From an uncultured Alphaproteobacteria bacterium (GTDB taxonomy: Bacteria > Pseudomonadota > Alphaproteobacteria > Rhizobiales > Xanthobacteraceae), in contig CAVSXQ010000064.1 of the NCBI GenBank assembly GCA_963731915.1, positions 12,814-76,813 on the forward strand: a stretch of DNA of 64,000 bases, read 5' to 3'. Position 1 is the stretch's first letter. Each line of letters opens with the position of its first letter. This document shows, piece by piece, positions 55,750 through 64,000 of the stretch. Both the position numbers and the translations under genes were made by a program. The notes beneath the pieces were generated by a model that saw only the letters and a list, made by a program, of their open reading frames with translations, was not told the origin of the DNA and ran no database searches.

Positions 55750-56639
55750 ACCTTAGTATAAAAGAGAGAGAGTAATAAGATGAAAAATATAAGAGAAGAG
55801 ATAGGATAAGAAAAATAAATGAGAATGTAAAATAAAGAAAGGAAATATGAGAGATATAAAATAAAAAGAAGAAAAGATAAAAGAGATATAAGAGATAGAG
55901 AGAAAGAGATTAAGATGAAGAAAAGGAAAACTTGATAAGGATGCTACGTGTAATTACCGCTAAAGAAGAAAAGAAGGGGAAAAAAGAAAAGAAGAAATGA
56001 GAAAAAAGTAAAATAAATCGAAAAAAAAAAAAGTAGAATAAGAAATAGAGAAAAAAAAAAGAGATAAGAAAAAAAGGGGAGAAGGAAAATAGGATGTGAA
56101 AAAAGGATAGAGAAGGGGAATAAGGAGGAAGGGATAAAGAAAAAGAGAAGATAAGAGAAAATGGAGGTGGAGTTTAATAAAAAAGTAGTAAAAGAAGGAT
56201 GGGAATAAAAAAGATATAAAAGAAAAGAATAAAATAGAGAAGAGAAATAAGAAGATGAGAAGAAAGAAGTGGAAAGAAATCGCGAAAAAGATAAAAGAAG
56301 AGGAAAAGAAAGAGAAAGAGAAAAAAAAAAAAGAAAAAAAAGAAAAGAAAAAGAAAGAAAAGAAAAAAAAAAAAAAAAAAGAAAAAAAAAAAGAAAAAGA
56401 TAAAGAAGAAAAGAATAAAAAAATAGAAAAATAAAAAGAAAATTAGACCACCAAAAGCCCCCCAAAACCTGAAAAAAAACAAAAAAAAAAAAAAAAAAAA
56501 AAAAAAACCAATCGACGTAGCCGCGCTGAGCGATCCGCCCTAGTAAAGAAGGAAAAAAAAGAAGAATAAAAAGGAGAAAAAAAAAGGAAAGGACGAAAAA
56601 AAGAAAAAAGAAAAACGAAAAAAGATAAAAACCGCGTCG

Positions 56640-56640
<1 letters not shown>
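55750..56640. other. Low-complexity A/G tract, probable base-calling artefact
   Basis: Almost no C, with long A homopolymers, in a high-GC genome; the flanks degrade gradually. Confidence 0.8.
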
Positions 56641-59898
<3,258 letters not shown>

Positions 59899-59902
<4 letters not shown>

Positions 59903-60279
59903 GATCGTTCGCGGTCCTGCTGCTGTCCCTTCTCCTGCCCGCTTCCGCCGCCGCGGAGGAAAACGGCGCGCGGGCGTTCACGCCCTGCCGCGCCTGCCAC
60001 AGCCTCGATCCCGCCGAGCGCGGCCTGCCCGGCCCCAATCTCGCCGGGCTGATCGGCCGCGCCGTCGGCGGCGACGCCGATTTCGACTACTCGCCGGTGC
60101 TGCGCAAGGCGCGCGACGAAGGCTTGCGCTGGGACGCAAAGCGCCTGGAGACCTTCCTCGCCGATCCCGCCGCGATGTTTCCGGGATTGTGGATGTCGAT
60201 GCGCGGGATCGAGGACGCCGCCGAACGGCAGGCGCTGGTGCGGTTTCTCGACAGACCCCTCGCTCGCGCTGACAGTTGA
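59899..60279 (+). CDS. Class I cytochrome c (c2-like)
   Basis: GTGA overlap with the upstream stop; signal peptide; CRACH; GPNLAG; FDYS; PGLWM axial Met. Confidence 0.88.
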
Positions 60280-60328
60280 CGGCCACGCCTGTTGCGTCCA
60301 TGTCAGCCCTCGCAACAGGACGATCATG

Positions 60329-60793
60329 ATGGCCAAGAAATCATTGCAGAAATCATTGCAGCTCGGCCGCGCCGTGGAATGGCCGGACAGCCCGGAAAAG
60401 GCGCAGCTCGACCGCGTGCCCAATCCGCAGGCGGACACCAATTATCTGGTGCGTTTCACCGCGCCGGAATTCACCTCGATCTGCCCGGTGACGGGCCAGC
60501 CGGATTTCGCGCATCTGATGATCGACTATGTGCCGGGCCAGTGGCTGCTGGAATCCAAATCGCTAAAACTCTATGTCGCGAGCTTCCGCAATCACGGCGC
60601 CTTCCACGAGGATTGCACGGTCATGATCGGCAAGCGGATCGCGACCGAGATCAAGCCGAAATGGCTGCGCATCGGCGGCTACTGGTATCCGCGCGGCGGC
60701 ATCCCGATCGACGTGTTCTGGCAGACCGGCAAATTGCCCAAGGGCATGTGGGTGCCCGACCAGGGCGTCGCGCCCTATCGCGGGCGCGGATAG
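60329..60793 (+). CDS. queF: NADPH-dependent 7-cyano-7-deazaguanine reductase (preQ1 synthase)
   Basis: [30 protein letters not shown]. Confidence 0.96.
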   Translation: MAKKSLQKSLQLGRAVEWPDSPEKAQLDRVPNPQADTNYLVRFTAPEFTSICPVTGQPDFAHLMIDYVPGQWLLESKSLKLYVASFRNHGAFHEDCTVMIGKRIATEIKPKWLRIGGYWYPRGGIPIDVFWQTGKLPKGMWVPDQGVAPYRGRG

Positions 60794-60800
60794 CTCCGCG

Positions 60801-62541
60801 CTACTTGTCGATGTGCCATGACCCGTTCCAATCCCGGAGGCGGCGGATTGGTCCGAAAACCTTCGATGCGCTTGATCAGGGCCATCGGCGGCCCGTCGCC
60901 CGGCACCGCCTCGAGCGATGCATCGAACGCGCCAAGCGCATCATCCCATCGTCGTTCGCGGTAGGCCGAGAGCCCTCGCCAGTACTTGTCCCGAGATGCC
61001 ACATATTGCGGCGTGAGATCGCCTTTGCGTCCAAGGATTTCGAAAACGGTCTTCGAACGGGTTTGTCCCGCCACCACGATCTGTCGATCTCGCGAAACTC
61101 GATGGAGGCGCCCGCCTCCGCGATCGTCCTCTCCGAAACCAGAGTGCGGATGCCATACACCTTGTTCGCGCCCTCCAGCCGCGAGGCGAGGTTCACCACG
61201 TCGCCCATCACGGTATAGCTCATCATGACATCAGAGCCGATGCTGCCGACCAGCGCCTCGCCTGTCGCAATGCCGATCCGCAGATCGCATGTCTCCATGG
61301 GCGTGTCCCGAACGCCAAGCAACTCGGGAATTTCCCGTGCGCAATGTCGGGATGCGCTCGACCATTTCCATCGCGGCAAGGCATGCCAGACTGGGCATGA
61401 TCGGCCTCGTCGACGAACGGAGGACCCCAATAGGCCATGATGCCGTCACCGAGATATTTGTCGATGATCCCCCGGTTGGTCCGGATCGGTTCGGACATGA
61501 TGGAAAGGTAGCGGTTCATGACCTTGACCAGGCCTTGCGGCGTCATGCCTTCGCTCAGGCTGGTGAAGCCCTTCAGGTCGCAGAACACCACCGTCATCAC
61601 CCGGCGCTGACCTTCCGCGGCGGTCAAATTAGGACGGTCGATCAATCCTTCCACGACGCGCGGATCGATATATTTGCCAAACGTTTCCTTGATGCGCTGG
61701 TTGTCGCGCAATTGCACGACCATCCGGTTGAAGGCGGCCGCCAGTTGCCCGATCTCGTCGCTCGTCTTGACGTCGATGGATTGATCGAGCTGGCCCGCCT
61801 CGACTGCCCGCGTACCCTCCAGCAACTGACGCACCGAGCGAATGATACCGCCGCTGACGAGGTTGGCGAAAATCAATCCGACAATCGCGGCAAGCAGCGT
61901 CACGATAGCCGATATCACGGCGATCTGAGTTTGCTCCGACCTGATTTCGCGATGGCCCCATCGCTGACCTTCGCCATCTCGGGCCGAAGTAGCCTCGATC
62001 TTTTCCTCGAGTTCGTCGCGCAACGTATCGGCTCGCGCAAGGCTGCGTCTCGCCGCCTCGAAATCCCTGCGCGTCGAGTGCGACAAGAAGCTCCTTGCCG
62101 TCTCCGCTTCAGATGAGCGGCGGGTATCGGTCAGCAGACTGTCGATCCGGCCATCGATGCGCGCCAGCGCGGTATTGTCCGAAGGCGTACTCTTGTCGTC
62201 AATGATGGCATTGATGGATTTCGGCGAGCTTGCGCCTCGCGGTCGATCTCGGCGTCCTTTGCCTCGTAGACCTCCTTGCGAGCCTTGAAGGTGCTCTCGT
62301 CGGGCGGCTCCTGCATCTTTGCGATCACCATACGGCGCAGCGCAAGAGCTCGTTCAAGCGATGAGAGTATTGATGCGGGTCAGGCTCGCATTGGCCGGAA
62401 TGTACCTGCTCGGTCGAGTTCATCCAGCAGATGGCCGACCCGGCCCACCATCACCATCGAAAGAACAGAGGTCGCCAGCATCAGGATGATCAGGCCGACG
62501 GCGATCGAAACGATCCGCCGCTTGATCGACTGCCTGATCAC
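60801..62541 (-). CDS. Membrane HAMP-domain adenylate/guanylate cyclase with TPR-like tail (multiple frameshifts)
   Basis: TM segments; HAMP DEIGQLAAAFNRM; FCDLKGFT; DKYLGDG; RIGIATG; YTVMGDVVNLASRLEGANK. Confidence 0.85.
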
Positions 62542-62655
62542 GGACAGTTTGAGCAGGTTTTGGGTAAAAGTAGTGGAAATATCCGCCTCCGCGCCGTCAG
62601 CCACTGGTCGCGAAACATGTCAGATGAATCGAAACGTTCGACCCGACGTTAGCAA

Positions 62656-63891
62656 TCAATGCCCGCTCAGCACCAGCGTCTTGATCGGCAGCAGCAGGGC
62701 CTGAATCCGCAACAGCATGGCGTGCACAAGTCCGGTCGCATCGACGACATGCAACGCAAAGCTCTTGAATGCGCCGAGTTTTCCGGAAGAGATCAGTTCG
62801 TGGTTGCTGGTATAGGCATTGGCGATACAGCTGCTGCCGGGCGTCACGCCTTCGAGCCCGCCTTTGTAGATCGGCTCCATGAAGACGAGAATCGTGCCCG
62901 GACGCACCATGTTCTGCGCCTCGATCAGTTGCTCGCCGCCCCTGAACTGGCCCGCCGCGATGTAATTCTGCACGCTGGTGATCACCATCGGAATGATCGC
63001 CCACGGCTTGGAGATGCAGGTGGCCTCGGCCACCATTCCGACCTTCATGACCTGGCCTCGATCTGCCCAAAGCCGCCGCGAGAGCGCGCGTGCCCGGCGC
63101 CCTCGGGGATCAGGACGCCGGCCGGCCGTATAATTGGATTGACGATGTCGCCGGGCCGCAGCAGGAACTGCTCGACGCGCCCGTTCACACCGGCGCGAAT
63201 ATAGGTCTTGTCCAGATCGACCTGCGCTTCGGCAAGCGTGCGCCTCCGCGCTGGCCTTCTCCGCCGGCAGCAGCGCGCTGACCCGTACCATCGCGGACTG
63301 CTTGGCAGCCGTCGCGGCATCGAGAGAGCCCTGGCGGCCCGCGACGACCACCTGCGAGCTTTTCGATGTCGCGTTGCGGCACGATGCCCGGGTTGCGCCG
63401 CTGCAATTCGCTTTTGACGTCGAGTTCATCCTGAGCCTGCTGCAGCGAGCCCTTTGCTTCCTGAAGCTGGCCTTCCGCCTTGAGGATATCGGCCTCCGCC
63501 GCCAGCATCGAGGCATCGACTTCGGCGATCTTGCGCTTGGCGGTTGTCCAGCGCCGCCTGCTGCTTTGAATTGTCGAGCCTGAAGATCACGTCGCCCTGC
63601 TTGACGGGCGCGCTGAAATCGACGTGAACCTCCGCCACCCGGCCGGTCACTTCGGAAATAATCGGAACGGTGCGAAAGTACAACGTCGCCGACGTCGGTC
63701 GACGGATGAAAGTAGAAGATCATCGTGATCAGCGAGACCGTGAGCATCAGGCAGGTGATGAGGCCGAACCGCAGCTCGTACCAGACGGAAAACAGCGTGA
63801 TCTCGTGGCCGATGCGCTTGCCCTGCCGATAGCGGCGATAAAGATAGTCCGGCAATACCGTCACGAGCGAGCAGAGGATGATCTCAAGCAT
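62656..63891 (-). CDS. HlyD family secretion/membrane fusion protein (compensating frameshifts)
   Basis: N-terminal TM segments; EVTGRV..V.V...VKQGDVIFRLD; coiled coil; DLDKTYIRAGVNG. Confidence 0.85.
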   Translation of the reverse strand: MLEIILCSLVTVLPDYLYRRYRQGKRIGHEITLFSVWYELRFGLITCLMLTVSLITMIFYFHPSTDVGDVVLSHRSDYFRSDRPGGGGSRRFQRARQAGRRDLQARQFKAAGGAGQPPSARSPKSMPRCWRRRPISSRRKASFRKQRARCSRLRMNSTSKANCSGATRASCRNATSKSSQVVVAGRQGSLDAATAAKQSAMVRVSALLPAEKASAEAHACRSAGRSGQDLYSRRCERARRAVPAAARRHRQSNYTAGRRPDPRGRRARALSRRLWADRGQVMKVGMVAEATCISKPWAIIPMVITSVQNYIAAGQFRGGEQLIEAQNMVRPGTILVFMEPIYKGGLEGVTPGSSCIANAYTSNHELISSGKLGAFKSFALHVVDATGLVHAMLLRIQALLLPIKTLVLSGH

Positions 63892-64000
63892 GACCCTGCA
63901 CCTCGCTCTTGGCGGCGCGGACCTTCGCCGTGCTCTGGCCCTTCAGCACCGCATGAGCGGCGCCTGCTCCTGGCATATCGGACTCTTCGGGCTCAGGCGG
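63884..64000 (-). CDS. 3' end of an upstream hypothetical protein (truncated by window edge)
   Basis: Open frame PPEPEESDMPGAG...EVQGHA* overlaps the HlyD start. Confidence 0.45.
   Translation of the reverse strand, partial: PPEPEESDMPGAGAAHAVLKGQSTAKVRAAKSEVQGHA

Overview
This is a high-GC alphaproteobacterial core-chromosome segment. Gene content, gene order and intergenic repeats point to Bradyrhizobium or another Nitrobacteraceae member (inference). Gene order: DUF2189, lytic transglycosylase, DUF1127, trmFO, yajC-secD-secF with NDUFAF3/NDUFAF6-like genes, nlpD-pcm-surE, serS-tatCBA-scpBA-nagZ-SPOR-argS-dgt, erpA, an RND pump, xth, exoR, a small-protein island, P450, a GAF histidine kinase, threonine synthase, the pdh operon, ftsB, a GH113/RTX protein, eno, a Vgb-like gene, cytochrome c, queF, an adenylate cyclase and a HlyD adaptor. 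I found no rRNA, tRNA, CRISPR array, transposase, phage or defence gene. Many genes, including secF, tatB, pdhA/B/C and eno, carry single-base frameshifts that become denser after about 41 kb. An ~0.9 kb nearly pure A/G tract lies at 55.75-56.64 kb. Both features most likely reflect long-read sequencing error rather than biology. The best leads are: (1) an ~530 nt highly structured non-coding element; (2) an in-frame, multiply deleted mini-IlvD overlapping the exoR start; (3) a secreted ~28-Cys EGF-like repeat protein; (4) an inverted repeat pair bracketing tatA; (5) a Tat-exported beta-propeller coupled to a cytochrome c; (6) several small proteins missing from the ORF track. None is a demonstrated new system from sequence alone.
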